NCBI GenBank assembly: GCA_965221425.1
Contig: OZ244889.1
Location: forward strand, 3,077,415 to 3,141,414
DNA: 64,000 nucleotides
Direction: 5' to 3'
Origin: Candidatus Poribacteria bacterium
GTDB taxonomy: Bacteria > Poribacteria > WGA-4E > WGA-3G
Below, piece by piece: positions 7,706 to 17,056 of this stretch (positions within the stretch are counted from its first letter, which is position 1; each line of letters begins with the position of its first letter). A program made the translations under genes and the position numbers. The notes beneath the pieces were generated by a model. It was not told the DNA's origin. It did no database searches and saw only the letters and a list, made by a program, of their open reading frames with translations.

Positions 7706-10309
7706 ATGAAAGTCACAATTATCATTAAACCGCTTCTGCTTGCGTTTTACATAGCATTAGCGGTTTCTATGGTCTTTTCACCTGTTGTTGAAGCAGATAA
7801 CCATGAAAGTGAAACTGAACCAAGCGAAGCAGCATCTGATGAAGAAGTCGTAGAGCTTGAAGGATTGGTTATTGTCGGTACGCGTGCAAAACCACGTTCC
7901 GTTCTTGAATCCACTGTACCGATTGATGTTGTGCTTAGCGATGACTTTGTTAAACAGGGTGGCGCAGATGTGCCCGACCTGTTAAGAAATTTGGTACCTT
8001 CTTACAATGTAAATGCACAGCCTATCGCTGACGCAGCAACTGTGGTGCGCCCTGCAAATCTTAGGGGGTTAGCACCTGATCACACGTTGTTGCTTGTCAA
8101 CGGCAAACGTCGGCACCGAGCATCTGTGATTACTTGGCTTGGCAACGGATTATCCGATGGTTCACAAGGTGCGGATCTCTCACCTATTCCTGCTATCGCG
8201 ATCAAACAGATGGAAGTCCTACGGGATGGGGCATCCGCGCAATACGGTTCCGATGCTATTGCTGGTGTGATGAACTTACAATTGAAAGATAGTTACAAAG
8301 GCGGCTCTTTAGTAATTAAACCCGGTATTTATCAAGCAGGTGATGGACTCACATATTCTGTCGCCGGTAATATTGGTTTGGGTAGAGAAGATATCTGGGC
8401 AAATCTCAGTTTGGAATATGGCAACGCAGATGAAACAGAGCGTTCCGTACAACGAGACGATGCCGCCGCTCTGTCCGCTGCAGGGAATAGCTATGTTGCT
8501 AATCCTGCTCAACCTTGGGGACACCCGATTATTAGAGATGACATCAAATTCTTTGCAAATTATGGGGTCGACATTGTTAATAACATTCAACTCTACGGTC
8601 ATGCCAACTACGCACAAAAACAGGTTGAAGGTGGATTCTATTTCCGAAATCCCAATACTCGACCTGCCGTATTTAGCAATGACGGTGGAGAAACCTTGCT
8701 TGTGGGACGTGTAGCTGGGGAGGGTGAAGTTCCTGTGGTCAAGATAACTGATAATGTCCCAGACCCAGAGGCTTTACAAATGGTCTTTGATGACCCCAAC
8801 CTTTTCACATTCCAAGAACTCTTCCCGGGTGGTTTTACGCCCCGCTTCGGAGCTGACACGCAAGACCTTTCTGGTCTTGTTGGACTGAGAGGAACAGTCG
8901 CTGAGGATTTGGGATGGGATTTAAGTGCCTCTTATGGACGGCACGCTTCTGATTTCTTCATCAAGAATACTGTTAACGCCTCCCTTGGACCAGATACACC
9001 TACCGAATTTGATCCGGGTGATTATATCCAAGCGGATACGAACATTAACCTTGACCTTACTTATCCACTGCACGACCTTGTCTTTCTCGCTGCAGGTGGT
9101 GAATATCGAACTGAGACTTTCGAAATTGTGCAGGGTCAGGAGGAGTCTTGGAAAATTGGTCCATTGGCAAGTCAAGGATTCAGTTCCGGTTCAAACGGAT
9201 TCCCCGGCTTCAGTGATATTGCACAAGGCGATTGGACACGTTCCAATTTTGCGGGATATTTGGAAACCGAATTGAAACCGATTGACCCATGGGTTGTTAG
9301 CGCCGCTATCCGAGCCGAAAACTTTGAGGATTTTGGTAGCACAATCAATTACAAAGTTGCAACGAGTTATGCTTTTAGCAACGATCTCAAGGAACTTCTT
9401 ACACTTGATCCCGGGGTTGACTTGAGAGTTCGTGGCAGTTATAGCACAGGTTTCCGGGCACCGACGCCAGGACAACAAAATGCCTTTAACGTCACAACGG
9501 AATTCGGTGAAAACAATACGTTGGTCAATAAAGGCACTATTCCTTCCACGCATGCTGCCGCAGAATTAGTAGGTGGTAAAGCACTTGAACCTGAAAAGTC
9601 AAAAAACTTTACTGTGGGAACGGTGATCAGTGATGATGTCGTTAGTGTTACAATAGATTATTTCAATATCAAGGTTGAGGATCGGTTGGCGCCCACTAAA
9701 GACTTCCAACGCGGCGAAGATATTACTGAGGAACAGATCCAGCAACTCGTTGATGAAGGCATTACAAGTGCCGGAAACTTGCAAGAATTCCGATTCTTTA
9801 CTAATGAATTTGAAACAAGTACCCAAGGTATTGATATTGTGCTGACAGCACCTGTCGCCAAAGGCGCTGTGAGTTTGGCATATAACTACACCAATACTGA
9901 GGTTACCAAACGCAACGCTGATATCCTGGACGATACACGTGTCCGGTTATTGGAAGAAGGACTACCCAAACACCGTGGGAACGTGACGTTAACACAAAAT
10001 GTTGTAGGTAATTTAGGGGTTTTGGGACGCGTCAATTACTACGGACCTTGGTATGAGTATGCTGTCGGTTCACAAATCTATGACGACGTGTTTTTAGTTG
10101 ATCTTGAATTTAACTATGCATTTGCGGATAACTTAGGTATCACCGTTGGTGTGAATAATGTTTTTAATGTTGAACCTAATAACGTCACATGGTCAGACCC
10201 GAATATTGAGAACTTTACCGGTTCAATCGTTGGAAGACCTTTTGGTGAATATAGCCCTTACGGATTTGGCGGAGCGTTTTGGTATACCAAAATCGGTTAC
10301 AATTTCTAA
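7706..10309 (+). CDS. TonB-dependent outer-membrane receptor (paralog 2, tandem duplicate of 4852-7593)
   Basis: Same architecture: signal, acidic linker, conserved plug blocks (ANLRGLAPDHTLLLVNGKRRHRA..VLRDGASAQYGSDAIAGVMNLQLKD), terminal 'GYNF'. Extensive collinear similarity to paralog 1 by eye. RBS GGGGAG. Confidence 0.8.
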   Translation: MKVTIIIKPLLLAFYIALAVSMVFSPVVEADNHESETEPSEAASDEEVVELEGLVIVGTRAKPRSVLESTVPIDVVLSDDFVKQGGADVPDLLRNLVPSYNVNAQPIADAATVVRPANLRGLAPDHTLLLVNGKRRHRASVITWLGNGLSDGSQGADLSPIPAIAIKQMEVLRDGASAQYGSDAIAGVMNLQLKDSYKGGSLVIKPGIYQAGDGLTYSVAGNIGLGREDIWANLSLEYGNADETERSVQRDDAAALSAAGNSYVANPAQPWGHPIIRDDIKFFANYGVDIVNNIQLYGHANYAQKQVEGGFYFRNPNTRPAVFSNDGGETLLVGRVAGEGEVPVVKITDNVPDPEALQMVFDDPNLFTFQELFPGGFTPRFGADTQDLSGLVGLRGTVAEDLGWDLSASYGRHASDFFIKNTVNASLGPDTPTEFDPGDYIQADTNINLDLTYPLHDLVFLAAGGEYRTETFEIVQGQEESWKIGPLASQGFSSGSNGFPGFSDIAQGDWTRSNFAGYLETELKPIDPWVVSAAIRAENFEDFGSTINYKVATSYAFSNDLKELLTLDPGVDLRVRGSYSTGFRAPTPGQQNAFNVTTEFGENNTLVNKGTIPSTHAAAELVGGKALEPEKSKNFTVGTVISDDVVSVTIDYFNIKVEDRLAPTKDFQRGEDITEEQIQQLVDEGITSAGNLQEFRFFTNEFETSTQGIDIVLTAPVAKGAVSLAYNYTNTEVTKRNADILDDTRVRLLEEGLPKHRGNVTLTQNVVGNLGVLGRVNYYGPWYEYAVGSQIYDDVFLVDLEFNYAFADNLGITVGVNNVFNVEPNNVTWSDPNIENFTGSIVGRPFGEYSPYGFGGAFWYTKIGYNF

Positions 10310-10332
10310 CGTTATTACTTCTTGATAGGGAG

Positions 10333-10357
10333 TGGTTTCAAACCGCTCCCTAACACA
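10333..10357. terminator. REP-like hairpin GGGAGTGGTTTCAAACCGCTCCC, 24 nt after TBDT-2 stop
   Basis: 11 bp stem around a GGTTTCAAACC core. Same core as the hairpin at 13478-13504. Overlaps the 5' end of ORF 10322, arguing that gene starts downstream. Confidence 0.45.
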
Positions 10358-10384
10358 TACCAAAATCAAATGAAAGGAAACTTG

Positions 10385-11557
10385 ATGTACTTTCTACTGA
10401 ACAGAACTATGTTCAGAAACATCCCGATTTTTATAGCTCTCACTGCATTTTTCTTTTTAGGTTGTGAGCGAATCCAACATGTCCTCCCACCAGAAGCTTT
10501 AGAAACAACAATCAAAATCGGTTTCATCTATAGTCCTATTGATCCAGGAACCACCCGCAACGGTGTAGAGTTAGCAGTTGCCCTCGCGAATGAAGCGGAC
10601 GGAATCAATGGTAAACCGATAGAGCTTCTCATTAGAGAAAGTAACAGAGAACCTGCACTCAGTGTTCAACATGCAATAGGCTTGATCGCTGAAGGAGCAT
10701 TAGTGATCTTAGGTCCAGATTACAGTGATGAAGCAGTAGAGGTGGGGGTGGTTGCACAAGAACACGGTATCCCGATGATGACAACCTATCCAACGAATCC
10801 AAAGGTTACCAGAAATGGGAATTTCTCATTCCAGGGGGCTATCCTCGATCCAGACCAAGCAAAGATAATGGCAAAGTTCGCAATACAAGAATTGAAAGCG
10901 ATAACTGCCGCTGTCCTTACAGAAATAGGTGATAGCTACTCGGAAGAACTGTCGGAAGCGTTTATTGAAAATTTTGAAGCACAAGGTGGCACAGTTGCTA
11001 CACAACAATTTTATGAGAGGGGAACAGTAGATTTTACTGTACAATTAACTGAAATAAATGCTGTGGATCCTGCTGTAGATATCATCTTTTTGGCAGGTTT
11101 AGGTTCTGAATTTCCATTAGCAGTGAAACAAGCTAAGTCTGAGGAATTCGGTATTGCAGCAACTTTTCTTGGTGGTGATGGCTGGGATCGTCCGGACTTA
11201 GTGGATATCGGTGGAACAGCACTTGAAGGAAGCTTTTTTGCAAATCACTTTTCTCCTGATGCTCAATTAAGTGAACTTGGGAATCTATTTGTTAACTTAT
11301 ATATAGAAAAATTCAGGATTGCTCCTAATGGCCCTGCTGCCCTTGGGTTTGATTCTACGAATATTGTTATTGAAGCAATGCGTAGAACAACAAATTTGAC
11401 ACCAGCAGCAATCCGGGACGAAATAGAAGCAACCCAGAACTACAACGGCGCAATGATGTTGTCCCGTTTTGATGAAAATCGGCAGGCAATCAAAAGTTTA
11501 GTCATTAACACGGTTAAAGATGGAAAGATACAATTCTATCAATCTATTGCACCGTAA
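10385..11557 (+). CDS. periplasmic binding protein type I (Leu/Ile/Val-binding / amide receptor family) lipoprotein; orphan, no ABC permease or ATPase adjacent
   Basis: Start chosen at MYFLL because of the AAAGGAAA RBS. Signal with lipobox FFFLGC. Type I PBP fold features (GPDYSDEAVEVGVVAQEHGIPMMT; FLAGLGSEFPLAVKQA; GDGWD). Confidence 0.65.
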   Translation: MYFLLNRTMFRNIPIFIALTAFFFLGCERIQHVLPPEALETTIKIGFIYSPIDPGTTRNGVELAVALANEADGINGKPIELLIRESNREPALSVQHAIGLIAEGALVILGPDYSDEAVEVGVVAQEHGIPMMTTYPTNPKVTRNGNFSFQGAILDPDQAKIMAKFAIQELKAITAAVLTEIGDSYSEELSEAFIENFEAQGGTVATQQFYERGTVDFTVQLTEINAVDPAVDIIFLAGLGSEFPLAVKQAKSEEFGIAATFLGGDGWDRPDLVDIGGTALEGSFFANHFSPDAQLSELGNLFVNLYIEKFRIAPNGPAALGFDSTNIVIEAMRRTTNLTPAAIRDEIEATQNYNGAMMLSRFDENRQAIKSLVINTVKDGKIQFYQSIAP

Positions 11558-11629
11558 TATTTTTATTTATCGTAGTTGTGAGGTACTTGTATCGCACCTT
11601 CAACTTTATTGAAAGAGAGGTAAATTAAC

Positions 11630-12466
11630 ATGAACAATCAAAACAGAGATGCAGAATATACAATGGGTAGGAGCGAATCTGAAACGGACCGACTGATTGA
11701 GCAGTCCGTGCTTTATGACGATGTAACGCGGCGTTTTCTACTAAGGAGTGGTATTGCCAAAGACATGAAAGTGCTTGATGTTGGCAGTGGTGCTGGGGAC
11801 GTGGCACTAACACTTGCCGAATTTGTTGGTTCAGAGGGAACTGTGGTTGGTGTAGATGTCAATGCTGATATCCTTGAAACAGCGAAAGCACGTGCGGACG
11901 CAGCAGGTTTCACAAACATTGAATTCATTGCAGGCGACACCCGGACATTGGAACTTCCTAACGATTTTGATGCTGTTGTCGGCAGACTTGTACTAATGTA
12001 TATGGCAGACCCAGCAGATGCGCTCAAACATTTAGCAACGCACGTCCGCCCCGGCGGTATCGTCGCTTTCCAAGAAGTTGATTTTTCACCTTATACTGTT
12101 GCTGTACATCCAGATACGCCTTTGATAAACGATTTAATTAAATGGGGACGCACCGTGTTTGAAAAATCAGGCGCGCATGTTGAAATGGGTATGGAACTCT
12201 ACAAAGCCTATGTTGATGCTGGTTTGCCCGAACCCGCACTACATTTTGAGGCTCCCATGGGCGGTCCTGAAGATTGGCCCGGATTTGCATATCTTGAGAA
12301 TAGTTTTCGAAGCATCTTACCGTTAATAGAGGCTTACGAAATTGCCACAGCAGCTGAAGTAGATATTGATACACTTGCAGTCCGTATACAAGCAGAAGTC
12401 GCTGCGTCTAAACGACCAATAATGCTGCCTCCGCACGTCACAGCCCACGTATCTCTTCCAACGTAA
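11630..12466 (+). CDS. class I SAM-dependent methyltransferase (paralog 1)
   Basis: Motif I VLDVGSGAGDV, motif post-I VVGVDVN, motif II/III region (VGRLVLMYMADP..PGGIVAFQE). Confidence 0.75.
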   Translation: MNNQNRDAEYTMGRSESETDRLIEQSVLYDDVTRRFLLRSGIAKDMKVLDVGSGAGDVALTLAEFVGSEGTVVGVDVNADILETAKARADAAGFTNIEFIAGDTRTLELPNDFDAVVGRLVLMYMADPADALKHLATHVRPGGIVAFQEVDFSPYTVAVHPDTPLINDLIKWGRTVFEKSGAHVEMGMELYKAYVDAGLPEPALHFEAPMGGPEDWPGFAYLENSFRSILPLIEAYEIATAAEVDIDTLAVRIQAEVAASKRPIMLPPHVTAHVSLPT

Positions 12467-12477
12467 AAGTTCAAAGC

Positions 12478-13338
12478 ATGGCAGAAAACCATTCACAGAA
12501 ATCGCATGCATCAAATCGAGATGCCACCTACACCTTAGGGCGAACCTCACACGAAACAACACGCCTCATTGAACAATCAAAAATCTATGGGGAGTCAACA
12601 AAGCTTCTCTGTGAACGCGCTGGTATAAAAATAGGGATGCGTGTGCTTGAAATCGGTAGCGGGGCTGGTGATGTTGCTCTCATGCTTGCGGAACTTGTCG
12701 GCACACCAGGGCAGGTTGTTGGCGTTGATATTAACTCCGCGATACTGGAAACGGCACGCCAACGTGCAGCGGATGCTGAGATAAAAAACGTTAAATTTGT
12801 AGCGGCTGACGCGCGAACACTTACATTTGCAGACAAATTTGATGCGCTTGTTGGTCGGTTTGTGTTGATGTATATGGCTAACCCTGTGGAGGCGCTGCAA
12901 AAACTCGTAGCACATTTAAAGCCGGGTGGAATCGTCGCGTTTCAGGAACCGGAATATACACTTTATCCCGCTATTTCACATCCAGGGACACCGCTTATGA
13001 ATCAACTTATCCAGTGGATTTTGGATGTGTTTGAACATTCAGGCGCACATCTCAATATGGGTATTGGACTCTATCGGGCTTTTGTTGAGGTAGGGTTGCC
13101 ACCACCAGAGATGCACCTCCATGCCCCTATCGGTGCAGCAGCGAATTGGGCAGGATACCGATACATGGTAACTATTTTTCAAAGTCTCCTGCCACTTCTT
13201 GAAAAATACGGTATTGCGACAGCGGAACAGGTCGGTATAAACACATTAAGGGAAAGAATCCGTGAGGAAGCGCTTACATCAAAACGTCCATTTTTCTTAC
13301 CTCTACATGTAACAGCGCATGCACGCCTGACATCATGA
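12478..13338 (+). CDS. class I SAM-dependent methyltransferase (paralog 2, tandem)
   Basis: VLEIGSGAGDV..VVGVDINSA..VGRFVLMYMANP..PGGIVAFQE. Collinear with 11630-12466 over the full length. Confidence 0.75.
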   Translation: MAENHSQKSHASNRDATYTLGRTSHETTRLIEQSKIYGESTKLLCERAGIKIGMRVLEIGSGAGDVALMLAELVGTPGQVVGVDINSAILETARQRAADAEIKNVKFVAADARTLTFADKFDALVGRFVLMYMANPVEALQKLVAHLKPGGIVAFQEPEYTLYPAISHPGTPLMNQLIQWILDVFEHSGAHLNMGIGLYRAFVEVGLPPPEMHLHAPIGAAANWAGYRYMVTIFQSLLPLLEKYGIATAEQVGINTLRERIREEALTSKRPFFLPLHVTAHARLTS

Positions 13339-13388
13339 TACCGAAAAAGACAGGCACATTATAGTAAAACCACAATTACCTTCACATT

Positions 13389-13506
13389 AGCGAGGTTAGA
13401 AACCTCGCCAGCGAGAGCGTATCGGGAGTGTTGTCCATTGAGATGTCCACATATTTTCGGATTTTACGATAAAACGGTAGGCGCGGTTTCAAACCGCGCC
13501 TACAGG
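13389..13506. repeat. solo core hairpin GCGAGGTTAGAAACCTCGCCAGCGAG plus perfect 13 bp REP-like hairpin GTAGGCGCGGTTTCAAACCGCGCCTAC between convergent genes
   Basis: Core at 13389-13412. Hairpin at 13478-13504, likely a bidirectional terminator for the methyltransferase (+) and the LamG gene (-). Confidence 0.55.
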
Positions 13507-13536
13507 AATTTTCCACATATTCAGATTTACTATGAA

Positions 13537-14334
13537 TTAACGATGAGAAGACTTTAAACTTCCCCATGTAGTCGTCATTTTGCCACGCGCTTCAACAGCC
13601 AGATGTTCAACGATACCAGCATTCATAATGGATTCAACTTCTTCATGCGTTAATCCGCGCTTCCAGACATTTAGTTCATCCATGAGTCCATTAAAAGGGC
13701 GGTTATTGTCAATATTATAACCGACGCGCGCGCCCTGCCCCCAATCCCCTGCGATCGGATCTGGAAAAGCTGCTTTTGCCTCTCCTACCTGTAAGCCGTT
13801 GATATACAGGTAAGCCATGCCTTCTTCGCGACTGAACGTACCAGCGTAATGTACCCATTCGTTCGCCACGTTTTTGCCAGCACGGATATTAAAAAGCGTT
13901 TTCCCTGGATTATGTCCCCGATTGAGCCAACGATAGTCACCTTCAGCTCGAGCTTCTGGATGCACGAGCCACGTACCGTCACCAGCGCGGGCATTGAAGA
14001 TCGCCATATTTGTAATGGCTTCAACATTAATCCACGCGACGACGCTCATCCCTTCAGTCGGAATATGTTCAGGATCAACGTTTGCACCGTCTAAATCAAG
14101 AAAACTACCTGATGCAAAATGCGCCGCCATTCCAAACTTACCTTCGTTTGACTGCGTGACTTTTCCCATGATTTTACCATCATAACCATGCCCAGATTTT
14201 TCTATAACATTTCCACCTTTAAACTCTTCAAAATCAAAATAAAGCACTAAATCCGGATCTAACACATCAGCGGACAAACCGCTTATTTGAGATGTAAATA
14301 GCACACATATAAGAATTACTACACTACGTTTCAT
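13537..14334 (-). CDS. secreted concanavalin A-like lectin/LamG-domain protein
   Basis: Signal peptide. LamG-type beta-sandwich hallmarks (SFLDLDG..GMSVVAWI..LYINGLQVG..FNGLMDELNVWKRGLTHEEV). Confidence 0.55.
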   Translation of the reverse strand: MKRSVVILICVLFTSQISGLSADVLDPDLVLYFDFEEFKGGNVIEKSGHGYDGKIMGKVTQSNEGKFGMAAHFASGSFLDLDGANVDPEHIPTEGMSVVAWINVEAITNMAIFNARAGDGTWLVHPEARAEGDYRWLNRGHNPGKTLFNIRAGKNVANEWVHYAGTFSREEGMAYLYINGLQVGEAKAAFPDPIAGDWGQGARVGYNIDNNRPFNGLMDELNVWKRGLTHEEVESIMNAGIVEHLAVEARGKMTTTWGSLKSSHR

Positions 14335-14506
14335 TTTTTCGCTCCTTTTGTATAAAATAATGGGGCAATCTCCTGATCATTATTCCGTTGTGTTTACAGT
14401 ATATCATTTTTTGTTAGTCTCTGCAATGAAAAATACGATTAGTTTTTCCTTGATTATTAAGGCGTATTAAGATAAATTAAAAGTCAAGTATTTTGGAGAA
14501 ACGTAT

Positions 14507-16297
14507 ATGAATATTTCACCTATTGATTGGGCAATTATTGTCGGCTATATTCTTTTTGCGCTTGGACTCGGTATCTATTTTTCTAAACGCGCTGGAAAAA
14601 ACATCGACGAATTTTTTATTTCTGGACGGAACCTGCCGTGGTGGTTAGCTGGTACATCTATGGTAGCAACAACCTTCGCGACAGATACACCGTTGGCAGT
14701 CACAAAGCTCGTAGTCAAAGAAGGGATTGCTGGCAATTGGTTATGGTGGAACGTTGTTTTGAGTGGTATGTTAGCCACATTCCTGTTTGCACGATTATGG
14801 CGCCGTTCCGAAATCATTACAGATGTTGAATTTACCGAACTACGCTACTCAGGACCATCTGCAAGTTTCCTGCGCGGTTTCCGCGCCCTTTATATCGGTT
14901 TACCGATTAACTGTATTACGATGGGATGGGTTATCCTCGCAATGCAGAAAATCGTTGTGTTGACCTTTGACCTCCAGGATGATGCAACTACAAAGATATT
15001 GGTAGTCTTGGGATGCCTACTGATTGCAGGTATCTATTGTGTATTATCAGGATTTTGGGGTGTTGTCATAACAGACATTGTACAGTTCGGCATGGCGATG
15101 GTAGGTTCAATCGCACTTGCAATTATCGCCGTTAATAAAATAGGCGGAATTGGCGCTCTCAAAGAAAAACTTATAGGTATCTATGGTGTAGAACATAACA
15201 TATTGAATTTCACTCCTGATTTCAGTGCAGGAAAAATGGCTATTATAACGTTTGGTGTCTATCTCGGCATGCAATGGTGGGCATCAAACGATGTAGATGG
15301 TACTGGTTTTGTTAAACAACGAATGTTTTCAGCACAAAATGAACGGCATTCACTTCTCGCTACATTGTGGTTCAACATTGCGCATTACACATTACGCCCG
15401 TGGCCGTGGATACTTGTTGCATTAGTCGCGATGGTGGCCTACCCCGGACTTGGTAACCCCGACCATGTTGATCCTGCTCTGCACGATGCCGAACTCGGCT
15501 ATCCAATGCTAATGCTTGATTATCTACCTGTTGGATTGCTGGGACTCATGCTCACTGCATTTTTGGCAGCATTCATGTCAACGATTGACACGCATCTGAA
15601 TTGGGGAGCATCCTATCTTGTTAACGATTTCTATAAACGTTTTTTTAAACCCGAAGCGACACCTAAACACTATGTTGCTGCCTCGCGCATCTCAGTAATA
15701 CTTATCATGCTGGTTGCAGGCGTAACAAGCTTATTTATGACTTCCATTACGGAGGCATGGAAATTTCTCATCGCACTAAACGCAGGGATCGGACTTGTGC
15801 AAATTCTACGATGGTACTGGTGGCGAATCAACGCATGGTCGGAAATATCTGCAATGGTAGCATCATTAATTGTTTCAATCATTGTGTTTATACATCCAGC
15901 AACGAAGGATGTTTTCGCATTCCAAATGCTAATTATTGTGCCAATTTCTACTATAGTCTGGATAGTCGTTACGTTCTTAACAGAACCTGTTTCGACTGAA
16001 ACGTTAACAAACTTCTATAACAAAGTTAGACCAAGTAAAAGTGGTTGGAAACTTATAGCAGCGGAGACAAAAGAAGCACCAGATGAAACAGATAGACAAA
16101 ACCACCAAACAGATTCTAAAACGCCTGCTTTGGTTAACTGGGTTATCGGGGTAGTCTTCATCTACTCATTCTTATTCAGTATCGGCAAACTCTTATTAGG
16201 TTTTACCGGAACTGGATTTATTTTTTTATTAATCGCAATTATTAGTGGGGCGATAATGTATTATAATTTACCGCGTAAAGAGAGAAACAACAATTGA
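14507..16297 (+). CDS. sodium:solute symporter family (SSF) transporter
   Basis: ~13 TM segments. SSF N-terminal consensus (GRNLPWWLAGTSMVATTFATDTPLAV). Confidence 0.85.
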   Translation: MNISPIDWAIIVGYILFALGLGIYFSKRAGKNIDEFFISGRNLPWWLAGTSMVATTFATDTPLAVTKLVVKEGIAGNWLWWNVVLSGMLATFLFARLWRRSEIITDVEFTELRYSGPSASFLRGFRALYIGLPINCITMGWVILAMQKIVVLTFDLQDDATTKILVVLGCLLIAGIYCVLSGFWGVVITDIVQFGMAMVGSIALAIIAVNKIGGIGALKEKLIGIYGVEHNILNFTPDFSAGKMAIITFGVYLGMQWWASNDVDGTGFVKQRMFSAQNERHSLLATLWFNIAHYTLRPWPWILVALVAMVAYPGLGNPDHVDPALHDAELGYPMLMLDYLPVGLLGLMLTAFLAAFMSTIDTHLNWGASYLVNDFYKRFFKPEATPKHYVAASRISVILIMLVAGVTSLFMTSITEAWKFLIALNAGIGLVQILRWYWWRINAWSEISAMVASLIVSIIVFIHPATKDVFAFQMLIIVPISTIVWIVVTFLTEPVSTETLTNFYNKVRPSKSGWKLIAAETKEAPDETDRQNHQTDSKTPALVNWVIGVVFIYSFLFSIGKLLLGFTGTGFIFLLIAIISGAIMYYNLPRKERNNN

Positions 16298-17046
16298 TAA
16301 GTGTAGGAATTATTCCAGCCCGATATGCTTCAAGCCGCTTTGAAGGAAAAGCATTAGCAGATATTTTTGGCAAACCGATGATCCAGCATGTCCATGAACG
16401 TGCTTGTAAATCAAAAATGCTAAGCCAAGTTATTGTTGCCACAGATGACCAACGTATCTATGATGCTGTTAAAGGCTTTGGTGGAAATGTTCAGATGACA
16501 GGCGAGTGTGCTACTGGAACCGATCGAGTGTCTGTCGTGGCTGAAAAACTGACATGTGATGTTGTTGTCAACGTACAAGGCGATGAACCATTGCTTGAAC
16601 CAGAACAGATTGATATGATGCTTCGACCTTTTATAGAAAGACCATCTGTCCAAGTTTGTACATTAAAAGAGCGAATTCACACGATGGAGGATTTTCTTGA
16701 TCGGAACGTCGTTAAAGTTGTTACTAATCTTGATGGGGATGCGTTGTACTTTTCAAGAAGTTCTATTCCCAACACACCGATAAACAAACAGCAAATCTTT
16801 GACGAAAACGCATTAGTATATCGGCATATTGGATTATATGCCTTTAGAAAAGAGCAACTACTTGCATTCACATCGTGGGAACGTACTCCTTATGAAATTG
16901 CTGAGGGTTTAGAACAGTTACGTTTTTTGGAACACGGAGTCCCTATTCATGTTGTTGAAACCGACACACCCGTTATTGGAGTTGATGTGCCTGCAGATTT
17001 GGAACGGGTAAAACAGATTTTAGAAAAGGGAGGCCCTCATTTTTGA
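16294..17046 (+). CDS. kdsB: 3-deoxy-manno-octulosonate cytidylyltransferase (CMP-KDO synthetase)
   Basis: N-terminal IIPARYASSRFEGKALADIFGKPMIQHV is the KdsB signature. TTG start overlaps the SSF stop (TTGA). Confidence 0.85.
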   Translation: MISVGIIPARYASSRFEGKALADIFGKPMIQHVHERACKSKMLSQVIVATDDQRIYDAVKGFGGNVQMTGECATGTDRVSVVAEKLTCDVVVNVQGDEPLLEPEQIDMMLRPFIERPSVQVCTLKERIHTMEDFLDRNVVKVVTNLDGDALYFSRSSIPNTPINKQQIFDENALVYRHIGLYAFRKEQLLAFTSWERTPYEIAEGLEQLRFLEHGVPIHVVETDTPVIGVDVPADLERVKQILEKGGPHF

Positions 17047-17056
17047 AGGGAAGAAA

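Noticed and set aside
10322-10384. Upstream extension of the binding-protein ORF (MIGSGFKPLPNTYQNQMKGNL)
   Set aside because: It translates through the REP-like terminator hairpin of the preceding TBDT gene. The downstream ATG has a proper RBS and starts directly at the lipoprotein signal.
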